DNA of 64,000 nt from the human T2T-CHM13v2.0 reference genome, Homo sapiens: assembly GCF_009914755.1 (NCBI RefSeq), contig NC_060933.1. One strand, given 5' to 3'. Under the pieces are notes generated by a model that saw only the letters and a list, made by a program, of their open reading frames with translations, ran no database searches and was not told the origin of the DNA. Each line of letters begins with the position of its first letter. Position 1 is the stretch's first letter. Of the stretch, positions 1 through 13,410 are shown one piece after another. The position numbers were made by a program, and so were the translations under genes.

Positions 1-1822
<1,822 letters not shown>

Positions 1823-2259
1823 AGAAGGGGCAGATCTGGGAGAATTTAAATAAATAAAACTGACAGGACTTAGTGATCAGTTGGGAGCAAAGGGCAGACT
1901 AGGATGGCTCCCAAGTTTCACACTTAGGCTCTAGGTGAAGGGTGGAACCATTCTCCAAGACAGGGAACAAAGGCCAAGTTACAAGTGTGTTAAGTGTGCT
2001 GGTTACCACAGCAACAGCAGACCATTAAATACTGAGAATGTAAAAAATACATCAAAATTATTACATTTCTTTTCCCTTTATACATTTGTGGGGGGCACAG
2101 AACCTGTATATCCTCCCAGGGTCAACTTTTCTATGGTCCATAGTTATTAGATCGTCAAATGAACTTTGTTTCTACTCTTAACTTTTTAAGCTAATTTAAA
2201 GTGGGCTCCTTGGTTGCACCTTTGCTTTTTAGAGACTAAACACAGAATTACAAAGTTAA

Positions 2260-2561
2260 AGTCTGGGTATAGTGGCTCATGCCTGTAATCCCAGCACTTT
2301 GGGAGGCCGAGGTGGGAGGATCACTTGAGGTCAGGAGTTCAAGACGAGCCTGGCAAACATGGGAAAACCCTGTCTCCACTAAAAATACAAAAATAAGCTG
2401 GGCGTGGTGGTGTGTGCCTGTAATCACAACTACTTAGGAGGTTAAGGCACGAGAATCGTTTCAACCCAAGAGGCAGAGGTTGCAGTGAGCAGAGACTGCA
2501 CTCCAGCACTCCAGCCTGGGCGACAGGGCGAGACTTCATCTCAAAAAAACAAAAAAAAAAA
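2260..2561 (+). mobile_element. Alu (AluS-like)
   Basis: Dimeric Alu with A-rich linker and A tail; imperfect flanking duplication caaagttaaag/caatgttaaag. Confidence 0.95.
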
Positions 2562-2958
2562 CAATGTTAAAGAGCTGCTACCCCAATGGCAAATAAATGA
2601 ATTATTTCAGAAAAAAATTCAAACAGAATTAAATGTGGTACAACCAAACATTTTTGAAAGATGGCCAAAAACAATAATGCTACTAAGTCTATGACTTGAG
2701 AGTGGCTTCCTAATGTTTCAGCAAAATAGTAGTTTCTGTCAGTAACGTTAGTAGGTTATAGCACAGGCCAATCACCCATGAGTCAAATCCCAGTCACTTG
2801 CTGGCTTAAAATCAAGAAAAATCCTACTTTACATTTATAGTTATCAGAGCTACACTGCAGACACAGCCTCTGAAATGAGATTCGTATTTCAGTACTAGAT
2901 AAACACCACTACCTCTGAGAAATGAAATCTCATCTATGTGGTAATAAAAGTAATGCTG

Positions 2959-3269
2959 GGCCGGGCATGGTGGCTCATGCCTGTAATCCCAGCACTTTAG
3001 GAGGCCAAGGTGGGCAGATCATCTGAGGTCAGGAGTTTGAGGCTGGCCTGGCCAACATGTTAAAACCCCGTCTCTACCAAAAATACAACAATTAGCCAGG
3101 CATAGTGGCGCCCGCCTGTAATCCCAGCTACTCGGGAGGCTGAGGCACGAGAATCGCTTGAAGCTTGAACCCAGGAGGCAGAAGCCGCAGTGAGCAGAAA
3201 TCATCGTGCCACTGCATTCCAGTCTGGGTGCCAGAGTAAGGCCCTGTCTCAAAACAAAACAAAACAAAA
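2959..3269 (+). mobile_element. Alu (AluS-like)
   Basis: Starts ggccgggcatgg; (AAAAC)n tail; TSD-like aaaagtaatgctggg / aaaagtaacgttggg. Confidence 0.95.
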
Positions 3270-4016
3270 GTAACGTTGGGCCTAAACATTCAAAAAATTG
3301 GAACAACAAAACAATTTCAAAGTTTCAAAACTATAAAATGTCATTAAATATTTTTAATATTGCTACGCCTGAAAGAATACAATCTAACAATTTACAAGCT
3401 AAGTTTTCAAACATACCAATTTTTTTTCCACAGTGCCAGGAGAAAATGCTTATTAGATGAATATATGAAATTTTAAACTTATTAATTACAGCCAAATGAA
3501 TTTAGAAAGCAGAGTTACAGCTGTAAACGTATTTATAAAACTTTTTGACTTCTGATATCATTCTACTCTGAAAATTAGTCAAGTGTGGCAGTTAAATAAT
3601 TCTCCATAAAAATCAAGCTCTCATTGCCAATTAGGAATTCAATTTTTTAAATATCACATAGATATTCAGTTGATTATCAACAGATTAAAAATTAATCTTC
3701 TACAGATGTTAAAAGAGAAATTATGACATAGTCTCTTATTCACTTTCCAAGCTTTAGTTTCTTTTCAAGCTTCAGTTTGACCATCTGTAAAATGGAGATA
3801 AAAATGTCAACTTACACAGTTGCTGTCACGCTTAAATGAGAAATTGACTGGCAAAGCAGCGCCTCCAAAATGCTAACTTTACAGGGGAGCGAAGGAGAGA
3901 GCAGAGGAAGGGAAAGTGAAAGATAAGTTTTACTTCTAGTTTTACAAACTCCAGAATGAAACAACGTTTCTAGGTCCCCATCATTAAAAGTAATGAAACA
4001 GTTTAACAATACCCCA

Positions 4017-4664
<648 letters not shown>

Positions 4665-5339
4665 CTACTTTTTTAAAGTCTGTGAACTAGTCAAAAAAAC
4701 TTCAAATATTACAGCCCTTCGGCTAGTATCATACCAGCTGAAGTTGTATTTCTACACGTTGGCTAGGGGGATCTTTAAGAAGAAAACCGAAAATAGAGAT
4801 TTGATCTAAAATAGAATGAATGAACTGAAGCCCCTAAACTAAATCACATTCAAGTAAAAGCAGGACTGGTGAGCAAAGGAATAAAGTGTGAAAGAAAATC
4901 AGTACTTGATCTCAGAAGCTAATAAAGAATGTATAATGCAAGCAGGGATTCTGAATCAATTGCTGAGTTTTCCAGGAAGACTTTGTAAAAACGTGGGTGG
5001 ACAAAGTGTCAAAGCATAAAATACTTGCACTATCAATGGTTTCAAGAATCCACTCTGTAGACTAAGTCTTTAAATTACATTCTGGGCAAAATTGAGCATA
5101 AGCTGTTGCTCTTCTCATAAATTTGTTTTTGTGTGCACCAGTCTCATGAGTGAAAAATAAATGTAAATGACTGTATTAGTAGTACTACACTGCAGTATTA
5201 ATACCGCTAACACTATCCTAGTAGTATTACTACTAGTAGTATTAGTACTGCTAATACAGGCATTTACCTTTATTTTTCCCTGCTTGCATTAACTTGCTTT
5301 AACTTTAGAGAAAGTAGATAACTGGGCCACTGTTTTTTG

Positions 5340-5445
5340 GGTATGTTTGTCTGAGACAGGGTCTCACTATGTTGTCCAGGCTGGAGTGCTGCAATCACAG
5401 CCCACTGCAGCCTCAGTCTCCATTCTCCCTGGCTCAAGCTCACTT
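5340..5445 (-). mobile_element. Truncated AluJ right-arm fragment
   Basis: tgagacagggtctcactatgttgtccaggctggagtg...actgcagcctc matches the antisense Alu 3' end. Confidence 0.8.
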
Positions 5446-5906
5446 CATTAGAATCTTCTAACAAAAAGTAAAAATAGCTTGGGAGGTGTGGGGTGATACG
5501 AATTAAAGACCACCAAATATTGTTTCAGTCAGTACAAAAGGTCTCTGTGGGAATTTTCATTAGGGAGATAGGAGTGGGAAAAGGGACTGAAAAGGCAAGA
5601 TTAAATGTAGGATAGGGACAGGGATTTAAAAAGGTAACTTTTGTTCCAAAATCAGCACAAGGAAAAAACCTTCAGATACAGTAAAAGCCAGAAATGAAGA
5701 GGCCCAGGCTTTTCCTGGGTATGAATCAAGTATGTTCTTCCAAGAAGGAAGGGAAGCCTGCTACTTACCTTCTAGTACCCACCACACCAAGAGAGATTGG
5801 TGGGGGGTTGGGGGTAGAAGACTAAATTAGATTTCCTTCACACCAGGCTTTACCAAAGCAGCCATGATTTAAGAACACTAACACCATAAGAAAAATCTCT
5901 CCTCAC

Positions 5907-5955
5907 CTGCTTGCTGAAGCTGAAAATCCTGCAGTAAGTGAAAAAGTTCTTCATT
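5907..5955 (-). other. ZDHHC21: Probable 49-nt 5' UTR exon (exon 2) of ZDHHC21
   Basis: Minus strand reads ...aattacag|AATGAAGAAC...AGCAAGCAG|gtgagg: AG acceptor at 5957-5956, GT donor at 5906-5905. Confidence 0.7.
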
Positions 5956-6788
5956 CTGTAATTACAGATAAAAAGCTTAAAATCAGAAGCCTGGTTGACA
6001 TCACACTTGAGCATTTTATGTTAGATTTAAAATAAAATTCACCAGTGAATGGTAAAATATCAATTTTACCCAACCTGCCCTTTTGTAGAAGGGGCAACAC
6101 ATCGGTTAAGAGAGTCTCTGAAATGGGGAAGAAGGTTAATCTACCCTGAGAGAAATAGCACAGAGGAAAAAGCAGCTTGAAAGGCAGAAGGCAAACTTCA
6201 AAAATGTCACAATTTTGCCTAGGTTAGGTCTAAAGAGCAAAACAAACACATAAAGTACCATCATACTAAGGTATTTTTGTTCAGGGACCTATCAATGAGC
6301 ACAGTGATGATTCACATGTCTATGAAAATGTGCTTTTTAAACTAGTCTGACTTGACTTATCAAGAATTCTTAACAAATCACTTTCAACAATAAAAACTGT
6401 TTTACAATTTCACCTGTATTTTTACCTTTAATAAGAGTTATTTAAGCACTGATTATTCTACTAGATGCTAAATTGCCTATTATATTTAATGCATGTGAAA
6501 AGTTGAATCTGAGCCCTAATGTTTTACTAAAACAACATAAAAGGTTACATTCCTTAATATAAAAGTAAAACTGAATTTAGGGAACAAACTCTTGGCAATA
6601 AAAACAGCCTTTCCTCTGCCTTCCCTCTTTTGCCTGGTAGTATTGATACTGCCACTGTGTCACCTCCTATGCTAAAAAAGTTTTCACTGAGTCACATTCA
6701 ATTACAATTCCAGAAAAACAGCTCCATGTTGAGACATTACTCAACTTCTCAAGCAGTTTCTTTACTAAACCACTATATAATAAGACTA

Positions 6789-6988
6789 GCAGGAGGACAA
6801 ACAATAAACTGCTCCTTTATTGACCTTCTCCCTCCTCTCCTCTCAACCCAAAGAGGTTTTCGGGAAAATGGCTTATGGATGGCAGCAGTTTGCACTTGTT
6901 ACTATTCACTATAACAGGTCCCTGGATTGTAACTGCAGAGACCATTTGAGTTACGGTCTTTTTCAAGCTATATGTGGGTCACATTTTA
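6789..6988. repeat. Left arm of a long inverted repeat (partner 8132-8328)
   Basis: Manual alignment of 6810-6988 to the reverse complement of 8132-8309 gives 9 mismatches and 1 indel; weaker match extends ~20 nt further. Confidence 0.95.
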
Positions 6989-8131
6989 TAAAACCATTAT
7001 TTTATTCATGCATTTTTCCACAGGTTCTGAATCGGTCATTACGAATTAAAGAAATGAGGCAGTAGGCAAATAAGAAGTACATGTTATGATTCATTGATTC
7101 TTGTCTCAGAACTTCCTGTTAAGCTGATTATATGTCTGCATTTTTAAATGCTTAGATTTCTCTTATTAAACAAAGTACCTCGTAGGCAAAAGTGACACGG
7201 TCCTCATCATTTTCTTTAAATGACGCTCTATTTCATTTATTCCAACTACAGCTTCTCAAGTATGTTAACAGAAATCTCAATAGTGTCAAAGGATCTAATA
7301 GAATTGTTTCCATCGAAAATGATGAATTCTGGAAGAGTACTACACCAAAACAATTATGGAATTATACATTTTAACTTATATTTTCATATTTTACTAATAC
7401 TTCGTATATGTTTTTAATGTACCTTCAAACCACGTTAAAGGGTCTTATTTAAAAACATTTTCCAAGTAAGCATGGAAAAGCTAAAATAAGCCTTAAATAA
7501 TTTAGTCTGACTCTCTGATGGTATAGAGAAAATAACATGGGTCATTGCCCTACCTGTAAACCCACAGCTGGATAGTGACAGAAATGGGACTAGAATCTAG
7601 TTTTTCTTTCCACGACACCAAATCTCATTTGGCTCTTTCTTTCCAGTGGATTTCTCACCTCAATTCTTCAAATATCTTTTTGCTTTTAAGAGATGGCACA
7701 AACTAAGGAAAAACAGAGCATCTCCCCGAATTTTACCTTTAAAATAAGTAAAATCTAAAGAGTTGGAAGAATTTAATATTACACCAAAAGCCTTTTAATC
7801 CAGGAATGGCGCATACTAAGCAGTCATCAAATGGTGACTGTTATTAATATTATTCTTACCACAAGGAAAGCAGTGAATTTTTAAAAGTGCATATATTAGC
7901 ATAGTAGGCTGAGGACCTATTTAACACATCTTTTTAAATTGCACTTAATTATCCTTAGTCGCCTTTGGACTGTAACTTTACAATATAATTTATGACCCGC
8001 CCACAATGACCTTGATTTTTTTTTCTCTTGTACTTTTAGAGACTGCTATATTGCAATATTTTAAAGTAATAATTGGTCATGTCCTCTCAGCCCTGGTGAT
8101 ACAGACATCCACCCTGACTCTCAAGGGATCT

Positions 8132-8328
8132 TAAAATGTGACCCACATATAGCTTGAAAAAGACCGTAACTTAAATGGACTCTGCAGTTACAATCCAGCG
8201 ACCTGTTACAGTGAACAGTAACAAGTGCAAACTGCTGCCATCCATAAGCCATTTTCCGAAAACCTCTTTGGATCAAGAGGAGAGGAGTGAGAAGGTCAAT
8301 AAAGGAGCAAACTGTTTGTCCTCTCTGC
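8132..8328. repeat. Right arm of the long inverted repeat (partner 6789-6988)
   Basis: Same alignment; the ORF track also shows near-identical peptides on opposite strands (6820..7065 + and 8121..8381 -). Confidence 0.95.
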
Positions 8329-8487
8329 AGCTTCACACCAGAAGTCTGGAACAGTAACAAGTGCAAACTGCTGCCATCCATAAGCCATTTTCCGAAAACC
8401 TCTTTGGATCAAGAGGAGAGGAGTGAGAAGGTCAATAAAGGAGCAAACTGTTTGTCCTCTCTGCAGCTTCACACCAGAAGTCTGGAA
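8213..8487. repeat. Perfect 136-bp tandem duplication (8213-8348, 8349-8484) with GAA microhomology
   Basis: gaacagtaacaagtgc...cagaagtctg occurs twice head-to-tail with no difference seen; followed by gaa at 8485-8487. Confidence 0.97.
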
Positions 8488-8719
8488 TGAATGAAAAGCT
8501 CTGGAATAGCACAGAGAAACCCGGGATCCCAGTGCAGGTCTCCAGACGGGGGTACGGAGAGAGAAACTGTAGTTTACAAGCGAGAAACTCAGGATACAGA
8601 TTTAAAATAAATAAATAAATAACTAGCCAACATCGTCTCGACTAGAGCAGGAACCCCCCACCCCCAGTTGAGGGAGGAGCACTTAGCAAGGGGCTGTAGC
8701 TCTAGCAGAAGACGCTCTG

Positions 8720-9300
8720 AAAAAGGCCAGGCCTGGGGCGGGGAGGCACCGAGAAACCCCCGGGTTCCAAACAGAGCAGGTGCAGGGGGCGTGCAGGAAC
8801 AGGTGAGGGCGTCCCGGCGCGGAGGAGCGGCGGGCGGGCCCGGCAGAGCGGAGCGGGGGCCGGGGATGGGGGTGGGGGTGCGGATGGGGATGGGGGTGGG
8901 GGCGGCCGCTTCGCCCCCGCGCCTGCACACTCACCGTCGCCGCTGGCTCGCCTCTCGCTGCCGCCGCTCTCCCGACCGCCAGCAGCTCTTTCCCCTCCTC
9001 CTGCCGCGCCACCTCCGCCTCCTCCGGCGCCGCCGCCCAGGCCGGGCCGCTCTCCCCTTCCGCTTCCGGGAGCCTGAGGGCCTGGACCGGCCGAGTGGGT
9101 GTCCGCATGCCCGCGCGCCCGCGTGGGGAGGGACGACTGCCGCCGTCGCCGTCTCGCTTAGCTCCCGGGAGCCGCGATGGGAGCCGCTGAGGGCCGAAAC
9201 TCCTGCAATCGCGCCGCAGCCCCAGAGCCGCGGACCCAGGCAGACCGCACTCTCCAGAGCGCTTGCACCTGGCGCGCCTGGGCGCCTCTGCCCCTCCCCA
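8720..9300. promoter_or_regulatory. ZDHHC21: CpG island / TATA-less promoter of ZDHHC21
   Basis: Very GC- and CpG-rich; GC boxes; tandem ETS/GABP-type CCGGAAGCGGAAG on minus strand at 9057-9069. Confidence 0.9.
8935..9140 (-). other. ZDHHC21: Non-coding exon 1 of ZDHHC21 (5' boundary approximate)
   Basis: Strong donor GCGACG|gtgagt at 8935|8934 inside the CpG island. Confidence 0.78.
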
Positions 9301-9464
9301 GCCCTACTTGAGCCGTCCTTCTCATTGTCCCCATATCCTCACTGCTCACCTCTCCCGAGAGACAGGATGGGGGCCTTAGCTTAAAAGATTGCATGTATCC
9401 TTTCTTCGGGGGATGTGGCCAGCAGGCCTCTCTCCCCGCAGGTGTTCTGGGATGTCCCATGGTA

Positions 9465-9620
9465 CCTTGCTTCAAAGCGCGGTCTGCAGCATCAGCATCC
9501 TCTGGGAACTCACAATCTTTGAAATGCACAATTTCAGGCCTGCTGAATCAGTACATGCACTTCAGCAAGATCACCAGGTGACTCCTGGGGTGCACCGTAA
9601 AGATGGAAAAGCATTGCACT
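9465..9620. mobile_element. MER5-family (hAT-Charlie) remnant
   Basis: gcagcatcagcatc...gaaatgcacaatttcaggcctgctgaatcag...ccaggtgact resembles MER5. Confidence 0.55.
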
Positions 9621-10316
9621 GTAGTGCATGGTCTCGTCCACTTCAGACCCTCTATTGGGTTGCCTCAGACATCCCAGGATATTTCCTGTTCCTGTCCTCA
9701 ACCTAAATCCACACCCAAACAATCTTTTCTTATATTTTGGGAGACCTCCAAAAGTTTCCTGCTTTCCCATCCCTGCAAAAGCCGACAACTTTTGGACTCA
9801 GCGATGCAAGTAATCCACCTCTCAGTCTAACTTGGTATCTTCACCAAACACCAGAGATCTACTAACTTTCCCACCTCACTCCGGCTGAACAGTATTTGGG
9901 GAAGGTTAAACCGTTTGCAGTAATGTGGAGCTAGATCTTTCTGCCCACGTGCCACAGGAGGAGACAGTGTGTTGGTGGAAGAAATATTACCTGTTGTATA
10001 AAATCTGTACTCCTTATAAGATGTGCTTAAAAGCCCTCCACAGACACATCCCTACCTACCTCTCCAGTCTTAGCTCCAACTAATTTGGTTCATTTCCCCA
10101 TTCTAGAATGCCCTGCTCTCTGATGATCTTAACCCTATCCAGATTTGAGAGTGGAAATCTTGCCAAACCAGAGTTCTCTCACCACTGCCCTTATATAGTG
10201 CACATTGTTGCCTGTTTGGGGCCTCATATTACCTTGTATTGCTAAGGATTTTTAAACATGTTGTGTCCTGGTTTCTGAACTAATTATAAACACCTTGTGA
10301 CCTTAAAAACTTTGGT

Positions 10317-10505
10317 CAGTGGTTATCAAAGTGGGATCCCTAGACCAGCAGCATCGGTATCACCTGTCAACTTGTGAGAAATCCATATTCTTTTGCCCCA
10401 TCCCAGATCTACTGTAGTAGAAACTGTTTAGGTGTAGCCCAGCAATCCGTGATGTAACAAGCCTTTTAGGTGATCCTAATACACACTCAAGTTTTAGAAT
10501 TACTG
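10317..10505. mobile_element. MER5A DNA transposon
   Basis: cagtggttatcaaagt...agaccagcagcatcggtatcacctg...aagttttagaattactg: MER5A body with terminal inverted repeats. Confidence 0.8.
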
Positions 10506-10760
10506 ACCTAGATTACTAGATATTCCCAAAAGAACCCAGTGGTAGGAATTGATTTACCCATAAGCAGATTTTATTGCCTTTCAGGTTAACAAATACACTC
10601 CCCGATATATGCATAGCGAGGTTGAAAGACTAGTCACGATTGCTTTTGATAGAATTACCTTTATTTTTCATAAATCATTTGATGTAGTAGGATTTTTGTA
10701 ACTTTCTCTGTTTGAAAAGAAGGAGATATTTCATATAAACAATCACTTTGAAGGAAGAGG

Positions 10761-10998
10761 AAATGTGGAATCCTCCCACCGGAATCCAGCTACCTGATTG
10801 CATATTCAATGTGAATCCCTTCTACCCAAATCCAGCTACCTGATTGCATATTAAATGTGGACTCCTCCCTACACGAATCCAGCTACCAGAATTGCATATT
10901 AAATGTAAAATCCCCCCCCCACCCAAATCCAGCTACCCAATTGCATATTAAAAGTAGAATCCCCTCCACCTGAATCCAGCTACATGAATTGCATATTA
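10761..10998. repeat. Minisatellite, 5 copies of a 46-50 bp unit
   Basis: Invariant aatccagctac at 10783, 10829, 10876, 10926, 10973, each followed by attgcatatt. Confidence 0.95.
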
Positions 10999-12007
10999 TT
11001 TTGCTTTCTCTTCAGATACCCCTGTGAGAGGGAATAATTTGTGACAAGTGATCTCAAAACTGCCAAAATAAGAATTAGTTGACAGGTCCATGATTGCACA
11101 TGACAATTGGAAGTGCATGGATTTTTCAGTCCCTTTTTAAAATAAGTTAGCCTGTCTTTTATCAGCCAAATCAATTCCACAGAGAATTTTTAAGCAAGGG
11201 AATAGGAGAGAAGAGGCAGGAGAAACATCCTTAAAAACATGAACCTTTTTAGCATGGGCATTTCATGAGTATAATCAAAGGCCTGCCTATCCCTTACACT
11301 GAAGGTCAAGTCATCTGGTTCTATCATTCATGCTAATCATTGGTTATATTGTATTGCAACCCATACATTCAGGCACCTGGGTAACAATAAGGGGGTGAGG
11401 GAGATGTGGCATCAGGTAATCTTTTGAAAAGATTTTCTATTTACTGGGTATATTATGGAAAGACGATATAGATCGTACCATATTTTTTCCCTCCAGAATT
11501 CTAATCTACTTCATGGGGCCTGGGACAAACTGAAATGTGATTATTAATCAAACTAATATTTATCTGGAAGTAGAAAAAGTAGACAAGGACAAGTAGCATT
11601 GCTGCCACTGCCAACCAAGCTTCTAACAAAGGCACACTCAGGGCATTTATGAGGGTAAACACAGCCAACTCCTGTGCTTCTGTGCCGTGACTAGGGAGGA
11701 TCTGGATTTTAGTGCAATTTCCAAAAATCAGTGCAGTCCAGAGTTTAATCAGTACTGGCTAATAGCCCTTGGCAGCTTTGGATGGATGGCATTCTCCACC
11801 TGCCCAGCTGGGTACCATGCCTTAAGCACCCATATTTGATGCACATTCATGATTTCTTGGTTGCCTATAGTTGTCTCTCCCATCTGTTTGAGTGGCAGAG
11901 TGCCTGTGCCATAACAATCTAATATTCTAAAAGTTGTTCTTAACCTCTTCTCTTTTGGGTTACACATCTCTTTGAGTATCTGATGAAAGTTGTGGACCCC
12001 AGCAAAG

Positions 12008-12024
12008 TACACATATACACAAAT

Positions 12025-12057
<33 letters not shown>

Positions 12058-12110
12058 CACACACACATACAGGAACATATATATTTATATATATGAAATT
12101 TATATATATG
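12008..12110. repeat. (CA)n/(TA)n compound microsatellite
   Basis: Directly visible. Confidence 0.9.
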
Positions 12111-12989
12111 AAGTTTCACAAGTTGCCCCACCTTCCTATGCCTCCAAAGGATCACAGCGAAGCCAGGAACTTCAGGCTAAGAAATATCCCTAGAATGTAG
12201 AGAGTAGGTAAAATAAACATTTTTCCCCAAATATCAAGGAAAACTGCAAAACAAACAAACAAAAACGACTGTGTGCTTAGGAGAAAAAAACAATAGCAGT
12301 GCTAAACAGAGTTACAAGGAAAGTTTTATGGAAGTGCTAATGAAGAAACTAGTAATTTCCATGGGATAGTTCAAGGGTGGCTTCTTGGAGAATGGTTCCT
12401 GTATCAGGCAAGTGAGAATAGGATTTTGATTGGGGGAAAGGAGGGAAAGAAATTTCAGGACAGAGGAAAGTGTAAGCAAAAACATAGAGAAATGAAAGTG
12501 CAAGAATCCCTCTGGTGTGGCTCAAAGGTAGGATACATGGAAAGAGAGAGGGCTGGAAATGTGGAACAGATTCCAAGCATGGTGAGCCTCAGAAACAATG
12601 CTATTCCCAATGAAGAGTCCTTAGGCTTTTGGCAAAAGGTGATGACCTGCTCCAAGCTGGAAAAGACTATTAGTGAGGGCAGTGGTATTATCAAAAGGCA
12701 GAGTAGTGGGGCATCTGGAAAGGTTCTAAGTATACTACATTGGAACCTGTTAGGCCACATTGCTTTACCTCAACTTTGGATTGTTTGATGGTGGCTCTAG
12801 AAGTTTCTATTCAATTAAATCATGATGAACCTGAGATTCTTACACTTGGTTAAGTGCTAGTAGGAAAACGCATCCTAGTGAATGTTCTGATGAGTTGAGT
12901 CTAGGATGCTGAAAGAGTTAAAATCTCTTTTGGATTAAAAGAGTGAGAATCAATTTGGACTGAAAAGAGAAAAGAAGCCCTGCCACTAA

Positions 12990-13410
12990 TCAGACAGGGA
13001 GGACAGACACAGATAAAGCCAGCTGCAAAATTAGCAGGAAACACTTTCTGCCAAGGTCATGCAGCAGTTATAAAGTGCCATAATGATCCCCTCTTTAGGT
13101 GATTGCTGACTTCTCACCAATGATGCCCCTGACTGCTGGCTATTTTCATTTATTACTAGAGATACCCAATTGCTCAGCCATCATCCCCTCATGACAGCAT
13201 CCAATCCTGGCTAAATCTCTCTTTTCCTAATCCCACCTCAAAACAACCAATCCAAAATGGATACCTGCTTCCCTTAGATGCTCCTCAAAATTCTTCAATG
13301 GAAGTTCAATTTACAAAAGATGCCTCCTTCCTCCCTCTTGCCTAGGAGTGACATCTCTCTATGCAAGGCAATAAATATGAGTTTGTCAGGCTACAGGTGT
13401 AATCCTCTAG
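12990..13410 (+). mobile_element. Probable old solo LTR (MER73/MER74-like, ERVL)
   Basis: CCAAT (aaccaatc ~13246), AATAAA ~13369 followed by gagtttgtcaggctacaggtgt, resembling that LTR family; boundaries uncertain. Confidence 0.4.

Noticed and set aside
6630-8490. Similar short ORFs on opposite strands suggesting a peptide family
   Set aside because: Explained by the inverted repeat and tandem duplication; an indel differs between arms and there is no coding signature.
8589-9529. Long overlapping ORFs (up to 238 aa) across the CpG island
   Set aside because: Low-complexity Arg/Gly/Pro/Ala translations expected from stop-poor GC-rich DNA; no recognisable domain.
10761-10998. Repeat-spacer pattern resembling a CRISPR array
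   Set aside because: Eukaryotic context, linkers are homologous to each other, no cas genes; it is a diverged minisatellite.
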